Assembly (NCBI GenBank): GCA_002269645.1
Contig: NIVC01001976.1
Coordinates: 124,001-188,000, forward strand
DNA from: Macrostomum lignano
Taxonomy: Eukaryota
Direction of reading: 5' to 3'
DNA: 64,000 nucleotides
Both the position numbers and the translations under genes were made by a program. Of this stretch, positions 13,116 through 25,010 are shown piece after piece. Numbering within the stretch: position 1 is the first letter of the stretch; the number at the start of each line of letters is the position of its first letter. Below the pieces are notes generated by a model. The model was not told where the DNA came from and made no database searches. It was given only the letters and a program-made list of their open reading frames with translations.

Positions 13116-13712
13116 GTGAGTGAGGCGAGAATTTCGCAAACATCTCTTCAGTATATTTTCATTTTTAGTTAAGCATTTCTGTACTAAAAATGTAGCAAAG
13201 TGGCGCACCGATCGTATTTTCAGTATATTACTATGTGGCGAACACAAGAAAGAAGAACTAGGCGGATTTCTAAGGCAAGGCACGGTCAAAAATGGCGAAT
13301 TGCAACATAAAAAAAGTCAATCAGCCACTCCCTGCGCACAAATGCAGCTGACAGTAGACCGCAGACTTCCTTCCCCGCATTGCAGAAATCTGGAGGTCCG
13401 GCAGGCAGCCGCTCACCATTTGGATTCGGGCCTTCATGGGTGAGTCTGACCGGTTCGGCTTTACCTGCCGCATTGCGCCTTCCAACAGGCTGGCAGCTTG
13501 GGGCAGAAATTGCAGCGAAACTCAGCAGGTTTGAGATTGGGCTGAGCTCTCCTGCTTGAGATGCCAGTCTGAGTGCTGCAGCAGCTGCACTCTCAGCTCT
13601 CCTGCTTGAGGTGCCAGTCTGAGTGCTGCAGCAGCTGCACTCTCAGCTCTCCTGCTTGTTCTGTCCATCCAACTCTGAGCAAATCACCCACATGCATCTC
13701 AAAACATTCCAG

Positions 13713-14074
13713 GCTCTCAGACGACTCCCAGCAAGACATGCGCCTGAGCAAGTGGCTGCATCGACGGCTCAGCGATGCGGGATTCACCGAGCAGAGAGCA
13801 AAGTGTCAGCAGAGACTGGCTGACTGGCTGGAAGGAGTCGCTCGAGTCCTCACGCAGGATGGCAGGCAGATGACGGGCAGCTACGCCGAGGGCTGGGCCA
13901 ACAGTCTGGTGCAAGTGAACGGCAGGACAGCTGCAGACTCGGATATTGACTGGACTGTGCTGGTTGATGGGCAAAAGTTCCATCTGGAAGGTATCTGCAC
14001 AGAATCTTTTCTTTGCAGAGGCGCTACTCGGCTGCAGGTCACGGAGGGCCACGCACAGGTGGCAGTGGGAGCAG
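13713..14074 (+). CDS. ANK-cGLR copy 1, exon 2: nucleotidyltransferase N-lobe (GS and DxD motifs)
   Basis: Acceptor cattccag|G (phase 2); MTGSYAEGWANS...ADSDIDWTVLV; donor GCAG|gtgagt (phase 1). Confidence 0.85.
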
Positions 14075-14681
14075 GTGAGTGAGGCTGGGTTCATCATCAG
14101 AATGCTGAGATTTGCATGCAACTGAAAGCCCATTAACTTTGCTCAATTTTAAATTCCCAACCGAGTGGCGCCCAGCCTCCAGCAGCTTCTGTGACTGCGA
14201 ATGTCGGCTTGGGTGCTGAAATAAGCGGCAGGCGAAATTGAAAAGAAAACTCTGATGCCATCTGGCTGAGCCAGGCCATTGGGTTTTGAATTCACAGGCT
14301 CCGATTGCAGCAGAGTGGGTGCAGCGGTGCTTGGGTGACCCACGGTAGGCGGCATGGCTCTGCTGAGGTGCTGCTGCTCTCACTTGGAGAATTTCAAACA
14401 AAATAAACCGAAGCTGCCCTGACTGCTGATTGGTGCCTTTCTGCGGGGCACTGAGTCCTGATGATGCTTGAGCAGCTGTGCTCAGCTGCAGCCTGATGAA
14501 GCCAGAGCAGCTGAAGCTGAATCTGGGCGAACTCAGTGGGTGCAGAGGCTCATGCCTCACAGGTGCATTTACGAGCTATTTGGCTCTTAAGAGAATTTTA
14601 AAATTTAAATTTAGCAAGTTTCAAACCAACCCATCTTTTTCACTCGCCACAAAGCGACTTTCCGCTCACCGCGCTCTGCAG

Positions 14682-16168
14682 GCAACCAACCTGCAGTGAC
14701 AGCCACGGCGTGCGGTGTGCGGCCTGCACAGGACACGTGCCATGCGATCGAGTGCTGCAGCAGCTTCTGTGAGGACAGAATTAGAAAACTGATTGAAGAC
14801 ACATATATTCCAGTTCACCTCGTTCGGGCGACCAGACCGAGCTCGAACAACGAGCTCAGAGTGAGCTTCAGCTTCCAAGAGAAAGACATCATGAGACGGC
14901 TGAGCACAGTCCAAGGCCAGCTGTTCACACTCATCAAGTTCATCTTCAAGAGACACTTGCCGCTCACTCTGGACACACCTGGACTCAAGACCTACCATGC
15001 AAAGACTCTGCTCTTCACAATGCTGGAGAAGCATGGCACAGATCCTGAAACTGAGGCTTGGAAGCCCGACAATCTGATCGCTCTGCTCAAGGAGTCTCTC
15101 GACATGATGCTGAGCTTCATCGACTCGAGCAGCTCGCCCGATGAGTGCATGCCGCACTTCTTCATGCCCGACGCTCCGCTCTACTTCAAGAACGCTGGAA
15201 TCGGCGGCGACTTCGACAACACGAAGGCGAGGGTTCGAGACCGACTTTGTGAGCTGAGAAGCGACATCGGAGGAGTGGTCGAGCAGCTGAGGAGACTCGT
15301 GAGACCTCTGCAGTCAGAGAAGTTCTACTTTCACCCGTTCACTCTGCTGCCTCTGACAGCGCCGCCTGCTGTCACGGAGATAAGGGACAGTAGATACTAA
15401 ATACTAGAGAAATTCCGGTTCGAATACGTGTACAGTGTGGTGCACCAGTGTGTGGGCGAGCTGCAGTCGGAATCGAGCGACAGAGACACCCTGATGAGGC
15501 AGCTCAGTCTCCTTCGTGAGCTGAAGTGGTGCAAGTGCGCCGCCCTGTGCATGACCGCCATGGCGCATTTGAAGTTCAAGGACGATAAGGAGGCTGGGAG
15601 ACTCGCGATGAAGATGCGGGGACATCAAGTTGAGTCGGGGTTGAAGCCATTGGATATTCGAGATAAGGGTAGATACCAGTTTAGTGAGATAAAACTGCCG
15701 GAAGACTCAGACTGGGCGTGGAGGTTCTGCCTCCCCTGCGACTCTCCGCCTCGCTTCCCATTCCTTCCCGAGTTCACGCAGACTCTGTTCACAGCCAGAC
15801 TGTCGCAGCCTCTCTCCTCCCACCTGTACGTGAACTTCCGCTGCCTGAGCTGGAGTCTCCAAGCTGAGCTGCTCCGCAATCGCGCACCTGCAATCGCATT
15901 CGATCATTGGATTGAACAGCTGCTTGGAGACCCGGACTTGGAGGAGCTGCTCACTCTGGCTCACTACAGCGACTGCCGCGAGCACGTGGAGCTCAGCCTG
16001 CAGCAGATGGAGATGATCGAGAAAGAGAGACGCGTCGCCATGGAGACGCAGGACGAGGAGAAGATCGGCTGGGTCAGGCGGAAGCTGGAGAGACTTGATG
16101 CAGCAGCCGGAGTCCTCAAAAACGAGCCGCAAAGTCGAGGTCGGAAAAGGAAGGCTGAATCAGACTGA
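14682..16168 (+). pseudogene. ANK-cGLR copy 1, exon 3: third catalytic Asp, Mab-21 C-lobe and helical tail; in-frame TAA at 15398-15400
   Basis: Acceptor ctgcag|GC (phase 1); QDTCHAIEC, HLVRAT..ELRVSFSFQEK, LKTYHAKTLLF, CMPHFFMPDAPLYF. Copy 2 has TAT at the TAA codon. Confidence 0.85.
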
Positions 16169-16874
16169 CTACCTGGTGCGGTGCTCGATGCTGACACAAT
16201 TTCATGTACTCTGGGTTTTCAAATCAAACGATGAATGCCGACTTAATGAGGGATCTGCGTGTTCTGCCAATTTCTGTATACTCGTAATTTAGCAACTGAG
16301 ATGCTGCTTTGGTTTGTCTGGAATATTCAGGAAATGAGCACATCGAGAGCCATCGAGTGAGAGCAGCCCTCCTGCTGTGAACTGCAGTTTTGCGCATTTG
16401 TACTGCAATTAAATTCACACTGCATGCTGAATTGCTTTTTCCGTTCAAACTGTGTGTCTGCTTTGATGCGAGCTTTTCTCTGCTATTTTGTTCTGCGGAC
16501 TTCAATACCCAATTGCCAATGCTGTTTATTGAAATATTCAAGCCGCATGTACAGGCTGCAGTTTTCTGTATGAAACTGGAAAATTCGAAGTTCGGCTGGG
16601 TCAGGGAGAAACTGGAGAGACTTGATGCAGCAGCTTGAGTCGAAATCGGAATTTTGTAAGCTTCTCTGGCTTTTTCTCGAGCTGTTTGAGAAATTTTTCT
16701 CTACAAAATACTTTTTTACTCTAAATATTCTCGATGTTTTTTATGGCTTAAAAGTTTGTGTCGGTGCTCTTCGTTATTTTTAAAGTAACTGCTCTCAGAA
16801 TCAGCTCGATCAGTCTGCAAATTGATTTTGTCATGTACTTTCCCCATGTGCTCATGTGCTTAGCAGCAACTGCA

Positions 16875-17822
16875 AGCCTGACAGCTCCCTCATGAACATT
16901 CAGTGACTGACAGCCTGACAGCTCCCTCATGAACATTCAGTGACTGACAGCCTGACAGCTCCTTCATGAACATTTAGTGACTCACAGCCTGACAGCTCCC
17001 TCATGAACATTCAGTGACTGACAGCCTGACAGCTCCCTCATGAACATTCAGTGACTGACAGCCTGACAGCTCCTTCATGAACATTTAGTGACTCACAGCC
17101 TGACAGCTCCCTCATGAACATTCAGTGACTGACAGCCTGACAGCTCCCTCATGAACATTCAGTGACTGACAGCCTGACAGCTCCCTAATGAACATTCAGT
17201 GACTGACAGCCTGACAGCTCCCTCATGAACATTCAGTGACTGACAGCCTGACAGCTCCCTAATGAACATTCAGTGACTGACAGCCTGACATCTCCCTCAT
17301 GAACATTCAGTGACTGACAGCCTGACAGCTCCCTAATGAACATTCAGTGACTGACAGCCTGACAGCTCCCTCATGAGCATTCAGTGACTGACAGCCTGAC
17401 AGCTCCCTCATGAACATTCACTGACTGACAGCCTGACATCTCCCTCATGAACATTCAGTGACTGACAGCCTGGCAGCTCCCTCTTGAACATTCAGTGACT
17501 GACAGCCTGACAGCTCCCTCATGAACATTCAGTGACTGACAGCCTGACAGCTCCCTCATGAACATTCAGTGACTGACAGCCTGACAGCTCCCTCATGAAC
17601 ATTCAGTGACTGACAGCCTGACAGCTCCCTCATGAACATTCAGTGACTGACAGCCTGACAGCTCCCTCATGAACATTCAGTGACTGACAGCCTGACAGCT
17701 CCCTCATGAACATTCAGTGACTGACAGCCTGACAGCTCCCTCATGAACATTCACTGACTGACAGCCTGACATCTCCCTCATGAACATTCAGTGACTGACA
17801 GCCTGACATCTCTTTTATGAAC
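16875..17822. repeat. Spacer satellite A, 37 bp (GACAGCCTGACAGCTCCCTCATGAACATTCAGTGACT), about 25 copies
   Basis: Direct reading; homologues at 38187-38766 and 63955-64000. Confidence 0.95.
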
Positions 17823-18421
17823 ATCAGCTCCGTCATGAAATTTTATTTTGTTTTTTATTTCTGTTTCATATTTGTCAGAAAACGATATGAATGATAAAAT
17901 TCCCTAATGTGTACTTCTGCACTAGAAGGTTTATATTATGTTTACCTGATTGTTACAGTTCGAAAATAGATTTGAAAATAATGGAAGAATTCGTGCATGA
18001 AGTCTCGAAATTTTCGACTTTTGCCCATAATGCTGCCTTTAAAGTGCGGCAAAGAGTTTTTTGGTTAAGGAAACTAAATTTGATTTTTTACGGCGGCACA
18101 ACACGAGGATTGCATTGAATTCCGAATATAATATGATAATGATAAACCAAATCACAGGCAGATCCCTAAAGACAACAATAACACAAAACACATGGAACGC
18201 TGCGGGTCAAAAAAGGTCAGCCAGCACTTCATCAGCCAGCAGGCAGTCGGCAGCACCTCCTGAACTTCCGGCTGTGGGTGGCCACTCAACGCGGATGACT
18301 CGCTCTGAAGCATCTGAAGTGCAGCAGCCAGCGCCGCATCAGGCTGCGGTTCGAACGAGTCCGTCAGAGTCCTGCGCTCGGCGTTGCCAAGGACAGCCCT
18401 CGCAGTTCTTCACGGGCATCG

Positions 18422-19527
18422 GGCGCCACTGACTCATCTGTATTGGCGCCACTGACTCATCTGTATTGGCGCCACTGACTCATCTGTATTGGCGCCACTG
18501 ACTCATCTGTATTGGCGCCACTGACTCATCTGTATTGGCGCCACTGACTCATCTGTATTGGCGCCACTGACTCATCTGTATTGGCGCCACTGACTCATCT
18601 GTATTGGCGCCACTGACTCATCTGTATTGGCGCCACTGACTCATCTGTATTGGCGCCACTGACTCATCTGTATTGGCGCTACTGACTCATCTGTATTGGC
18701 GCCTGCACTGACTCATCTGTATTGGCGCCACTGACTCTTCTGTATTGGCGCTACTAACTCATCTGTATTGGCGCCAATGACTCATCTGTATTGGCGCTAC
18801 TGACTCATCTGTATTGGCGCCACTGACTCATCTGTATTGGCGCCAATGACTCATCTGTATTGGCGCCACTGACTCATCTGTATTGGCGCCAATGACTCAT
18901 CTGTATTGGCGCCAATGACTCATCTGTATTGGCGCCACTGACTCATCTGTATTGGCGCCACTGACTCATCTGTATTGGCGCCACTGACTCATCTGTATCA
19001 GCGCCACTGACTCATCTGTATTAGCGCTACTGATCTGTATTGGCGCCACTGACTCATCTGTATTGGCGCCAATGACTCATCTGTATTGGCGCCTGCACTG
19101 ACTCATCTGTATTGGCGCCACTGACTCATCTGTATTGGCGCCTGCACTGACTCATCTGTATTGGCGCCACTGACTCTTCTGTATTGGCGCTACTGACTCA
19201 TCTGTATTGGCGCCACTGACTCTTCTGTATTGGCGCTACTAACTCATCTGTATTGGCGCCAATGACTCATCTGTATTGGCGCCAATGACTCATCTGTATT
19301 GGCGCCACTGACTCATCTGTATTGGCGCCACTGACTCATCTGTATTGGCGCCACTGACTCATCTGTATTGGCGCCACTGACTCATCTGTATTGGCGCCAC
19401 TGAGTCATCTGTATTGGCGCCAATGACTCATCTGTATTGGCGCCAATGACTCATCTGTATTGGCGCCAATGACTCATCTGTATTGGCGCCACTGACTCAT
19501 CTGTATTGGCGCCAATGACTCATCTGC
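18422..19527. repeat. Spacer satellite B, 23 bp (CACTGACTCATCTGTATTGGCGC), about 48 copies
   Basis: Direct reading; each monomer contains TGACTCA and ATTGG. Confidence 0.95.
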
Positions 19528-19651
19528 ACTGCCGCAGTCAGCACACCAATACACACCAAGTTCATCACGAACATTCAGACCCCAGAGGTAAAATATTCTC
19601 ACCAACGTAGGCAAAAACTAAATTTTTTTGGGTGAACCCAATCTTTTATTG

Positions 19652-20128
19652 AAGCTGATCCGGTTGCTAAAGAAATTATCAAGCTTTATCGGTCGCTAAG
19701 GAAATCATCAAGCTGATCCGGTTGCTAAGGAAATCATCAAGCAGATCCGGTTGCTAAGGAAATCATCAAGCTTATCCAGTTGCTAAGGAAATCATCAAGC
19801 TGATCCGGTTGCTAAGGAAATCATCAAGCTTATCCAGTTGCTAAGGAAATCATCAAGCTGATCCGGTTGCTAAGGAAATCATCAAGCTCATTCGGTTGCT
19901 AAGGAAATCATCAAGCTTATCCGGTTGCTAAGGAAATCATCAAGCTGATCCGGTTGCTAAGGAAATCATCAAGCTTATCCAGTTGCTTAGAAAATCATCA
20001 AGCTTTTCCGGTTGCTAAGGAAATCATCAAGCTGATCCGGTTGCTAAGGAAATCATCAAGCTGATCCGGTTGCTAAGGAAATCATCAAGCTTACCCTGTT
20101 GCTAAGGAAATCATGTTTCCATAGCAAC
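19652..20128. repeat. Spacer satellite C, 29 bp (GATCCGGTTGCTAAGGAAATCATCAAGCT), about 16 copies
   Basis: Direct reading; followed by GTTTCCATAGCAAC at 20115-20128. Confidence 0.93.
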
Positions 20129-21189
20129 GCTGCGTAAATCGAAAGCGGGAAATGCTTCTTAGAAACAGTGCTCAAACCCGAACAATTCTGCAATCCAGCT
20201 TCATTCCCCTGCATCATTCACAACCAGAAATTCGAACCAATGAACGATATGAGGCATAAAAAATGCTCATAAGTTTAGGAACAGGGATGGTCCAAAGCAC
20301 CTGGTCGTGTCACCTGGCCGAGGCTGGACGGCAGCGAGAGGACCCGATGAGAGCCTGGAGCGAGGGGACCAAAGTCAAGAAGTTGGCCCCAACATTGCGG
20401 TCGCCAGCCTCTGTCAAAAACACCCACCGCAGCTCGGCTCACACCAGCAGCAGCATCAAGGATCTCAGCAGTGCGTACATCAGCAATGAGCCGCGGATCA
20501 GCCCAGGACAGCCAAGACCAGCTCAGCAGGAGTTCATTGCGCTTCCCATGCTCAATTGTCTGCTCAAGTGAAAGTTAGAAAAGCTCAGCAGGAGTTCATT
20601 GTGCTTCCCACGCTCAATTGTTTGCTCAAGTGAAAGTTGGGAAAGTTCAGCCTGCTGAAATTGGCTCGCACTGAGAACGTCTGGTTCTCACGGAAACTGC
20701 TGAGACCAGCCGCCCCGGATCTGCGACAGCTGCGACTCTGGTGGAGCTGCCGAAGGATGCAGGACGGCCGGGTGCAATCAGGCCGTGTTGCCATGGAACT
20801 GGCTCGCAGGCTTCCAACTTTCTCACCAAATAAAATTGCCAGGCCTTCTTGCTGTTGCTATTGAAAGCAAGAACACATTTAGCCGCCTATACTGACCGAA
20901 AATAAACCTCTTATAAACTGCCAGCCTTATTCAAATGCAAATCTCACACCTGACACCCAAATTTTACTCGAAGCTCAAAGCCAAGCAGCATTCGGAGCTC
21001 AGCCACTGAGTGCCACAGCGATAGCTGCCTGAGCAGTGCATTCCGCCTGCCCTGTGGCGGCCGCTGCAGCTGACATGGAGGCGGCTGTGAACCTTCTTGA
21101 CGGAACTGACTGCCTGATTGCCGAGCTGGAGATCAGAGCTGCTGACTGCCGCATCGATGCTAGACTGCTGGTGATGAGCATCACTTTAG

Positions 21190-21284
21190 GATTCCCCTAG
21201 CAACCTGATCCGGGATTCCCTTAGCAAACTGATCTGGGATTCCCCTAGCAACCTGACCCGGGATTCCCCCAGCAACCCGATCTG
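21190..21284. repeat. Spacer satellite D, about 25 bp (TTCCCCTAGCAACCTGATCCGGGAT), 3-4 copies
   Basis: Direct reading; expanded to about 21 copies in spacer 2. Confidence 0.8.
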
Positions 21285-22197
21285 ATAATTATAGACATAT
21301 TTGATTAGCAATCCATGAACTTCCTAAGCAGCCGGTTTTACTTGTTGGAAATAAACAATTCAAATGCTTTCCCAGAGCGCCATAAGTGACTGCAGCTACC
21401 CAATGAACACAGCTTCTCCTTCCCGATTACAGCAGTGAGGCATTGCAATATCAGCACAGAATGGGCCATGGCTGATGAAGCAATGGCAGTCACTGATGCA
21501 GCACTAAAGGGCCAGCAAATGCACATAATAGCTGATGCTGGGCCAGCATTGATACTCACAGCAACTGAACTCAAATAATGGCATTTTTACACTAACTGTG
21601 CTCAGAAGTATTCTGTCTCAGTTCTCGCTCATACACACAATCACGCAGGGTGCACAGCGGCCCGGACTGTCTAATCCTCAGGCGTACACGAACTGCAACT
21701 CCATCAATATTTAGTCACTACTGACTACTGCTTTTTAGATTGTTAGTAGTAGGTAAGGAGAATGCTCAGCATAATTATTATTTAATAACTTTATATTATG
21801 ATGCGAGGTGTATTGACAAAAATAATAAAACATCTTCATGCACGGGCGTGGAGGTTCCGCCTCTCCTGCGACTCTCCGCCTCGCTTCTCATTCCTTCCCG
21901 AGTTCACGCAGACTCTGCTCTCGTGAGATGCCACTCAGCTGTGGCAAATCCAGACGGTTGTCGGCATGTCGACCAGGTGAAGCCTTGGCGGTCTAAACGA
22001 CTAAAGGCTGGGGATTCCAGCTGCGTGTTTGTTGCATCAAGCTCCGGGTTTTCTGATTGGTCGAGCCCGGGATGACCAGCTCGACTCTGATTGGCTGAGC
22101 TCGAAACTCTGAAATCCTCTCGACCTTTGAGACCCCATTGGACTTGGCAGGTGCGAGCATAAATCATAAAAATGGGTAAGGCTAGCCAACAAGGTGA

Positions 22198-23278
22198 AAG
22201 GTAGGTGATCATATATAAACTGTGACAGGTAGGTGATCATATATCTAATGTGACAGGTAGGTGATCATATATCAAATGTGACAGGTAGGTGATCATATAT
22301 CAAATGTGACAGGTAGGTGATCATATATCGACAGATAAGCCACTCAACAAAAGTAGATACCACAGAAACCATTGACTCCTATTGACCCCATTGACCCCAT
22401 TGACCCCATTGACCCCATCGACCTCATTGACCCCGTTGACCCCATCGACCTCATTGACCCCGTTGACCCCATTGATCCCATTGACCCCATTGAGCCCCTT
22501 AGAGTGAATCTTCAATGAGTGAGTCACCAATGTGGCCTCAGCTCACAGTCACCAATGAGTGAGTCACCAATGTGGCCTCAGCTCACAGTCACCAATGAGT
22601 GAGTCACCAATCTGGCCTCAGCTCACAGTCACCAATGAGTGAGTCACCAATCTGGCCTCAGCTCACAGTCACCAATGAGTGAGTCACCAATCTGGCCTCA
22701 GCTCACAGTCACCAATGAGTGAGTCACCAATCTGGCCTCAGCTCACTCCAGTGCGCCAATTCCAGGGCGCCAATAGGGCGCCAATGCCAGGCCGCAGTGC
22801 AGGGGCAGCAGCAAAAGGGCGCCAATGCCAGGCCGCAATGCAGGGGCAGCAGCAAAAGGGCGCCAATGCCAGGCCGCAATGCAGGGGCAGCAGGAAAAGG
22901 GCGCCAATGCCAGGCCACAGTGAAGGGGCAGCAGGAAAAGGGCGCCAATGCCAGGCCACAGTGAAGGGGCAGCAGGAAAAGGGCGCCAATGCCAGGCCGC
23001 AGTGCAGGGGCAGCAGCAAAAGGGCGCCAATGCCAGGCCGCAATGCAGGGGCAGCAGCAAAAGGGCGCCAATGCCAGGCCGCAATGCAGAGGCAGCAGCA
23101 AAAGGGCGCCAATGCCAGGCCGCAATGCAGGGGCAGCAGCAAAAGGGCGCCAATGCCAGGCCGCAATGCAGGGGCAGCAGCAAAAGGGCGCCAATGCCAG
23201 GCCGCAATGCAGGGGCAGCAGGAAAAGGGCGCCAATGCCAGGCCGCAATGCAGGGGCAGCAGGAGAAGGGCGCCATGG
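22198..23278. repeat. Abutting spacer satellites E (28 bp, 22198-22329), F (9 bp TTGACCCCA, 22371-22497), G (40 bp, 22514-22748) and H (41 bp GC-rich, 22763-23278)
   Basis: Direct reading; same order at 42695-43643. Confidence 0.92.
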
Positions 23279-24607
23279 CTGCGGTGCAGAGGCTGCATTT
23301 GAGCGCCGGTCCTCAGCGCCTATCCTGGCGGGGTCGCCAGAAGGGCAGCTCAAAACTTCAGTGCTTCCGCAGCAGCCCCTCAGCTCAGCCCAGTGGATTC
23401 GCCCCTGCTGCAAAATGGCTGAGTGCCGCACTGCTCAAACTCAAACTGCTGCAGGATGGTGGAAGCAAGAGGAGAGCAAATGCTCTGTGTGGCAGGTGGG
23501 CGAGCGGTCAGCCCTGGCAACACGGGAGACATAGGAGCGGTCAGAACAAAAAAGTGTTCTGCATCACAAATTTTCATGGTTGAGTTTTATAACATAGTGA
23601 AAATATTTTCTTTGAAACTTCCCGTACCATAAACACTGAGCTCGTGCTCAGTTTCCACTGAAACTCAGTTGTGTTATGTAGTATTGTGAGCAGACAGTCA
23701 GCTGCCTCCGCCAATATTTACAAGCTGCTCTTTGGAAACGAACCGGCCTGGGCCGCCTAAGCCTTCCACGTCTGCTGCGCTCCCCGCGGCCAGCTCATCC
23801 ATTGTTTTGGGGTGGACCAGAGGTTCCGCTTTCCAATGTGCGTTTCGGCCCCACTTCTGCCAGTACGCAGCCAAGTTCTACTCAATTGTCTGAGGGTAGG
23901 GATTACCTGCACTTGCCCTGTCAGCCATCCGGATGTACGGGAATGAATTTCTGTGACGGCTGCGTAAGCTCCGTTTCCCTCCCAGCCTTCCCTCCGCTGC
24001 ATTGTTTGGTCTTCCTACCTCTGACCCTCTGTCTCTTCATTTCATCTCAAGTACCGTGTTTGCTTGCTGCAGAGCCTCCTGTCTGCTTTTGCAAGTTCCG
24101 CCTTCTCTGCAAACTGCGAGTCTCTGCCTGCCGCTCCATCTGCAGATTGACGAGTTCAAAATCATAACTGGCAATCGGTGAGTCCTTCTCTGCCCTGCTT
24201 CAGTCTGCTGGGCTGGCGTTGGAGTGAGCTGTCAGTTAGGCTTGCGATTAGGCTGGGGAAAATGTGCTGGCGCCCCCGGCGCTAACGAAGCCGTCACAGC
24301 CTCACAGTCACTTCAATATGGGGCCGGATGATTAGCAGAAGCTGACTGACCATCTCACATTCCTACAGATAACTGATAACCCAATTAACTGTTTAAATTG
24401 GTGCCACTTGAAACAACAGCGATTATAACAAAGGATAATAATAATTAGAGACACGCAGACGATATACTACTCCCAGTAGGGTGAGGCGTCACTTTGAACA
24501 GCCGGTCAGGTCGCTTATAAATATGAATAAAAAACAGAGCTGGCAGTGGGAGAAGCCCCGGACCGGTGCGGCCGGCTTTGAGACTCGCCGCACAGCAGGG
24601 GGCTTTG

Positions 24608-25010
24608 CTAACAGGCTGTAACACTGTAACACCCTGTGTCTAACAGGCACCAGCACACTGTAACACCCTGATTTAGTGTGTCTAACAGGCACCAGCACAC
24701 TGTAACACCCTGATTCGGTGTGTCTAACAGGCACCAGCACACTGTAACACACTGATTCGGTGTGTCTAACAGGCACCAGCACACTGTAACACCCTGATTT
24801 AGTGTGTCTAACAGGCACCAGCACACTGTAACACCCTGATTCGGTGTGTCTAACAGGCACCAGCACACTGTAACACACTGATTCGGTGTGTCTAACAGGC
24901 ACCAGCACACTGTAACACACTGATTCGGTGTGTCTAACAGGCACCAGCACACTGTAACACACTGATTCAGAGTGTCTAACAGGCATCGGCACACAGTAAC
25001 ACACTGATTC
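24608..25010. repeat. Spacer satellite I, 42 bp (CTAACAGGCACCAGCACACTGTAACACCCTGATTCGGTGTGT), about 9.5 copies
   Basis: Direct reading; only about 1 monomer at 44982-45017 in spacer 2. Confidence 0.93.

Noticed and set aside
12301-16168. Three separate genes (ankyrin, small NTase, Mab-21), or a bacterial CBASS-like operon
   Set aside because: Canonical donors and acceptors with matching phases in three copies join them into one CDS; no CBASS effector or operon features.
20263-20571. Conserved ORFs in spacer unique DNA (also 17891-18432 and 40613-41020, including a hydrophobic minus-strand stretch)
   Set aside because: Conservation is explained by recent duplication; stops and indels differ between spacers and no domain was recognised.
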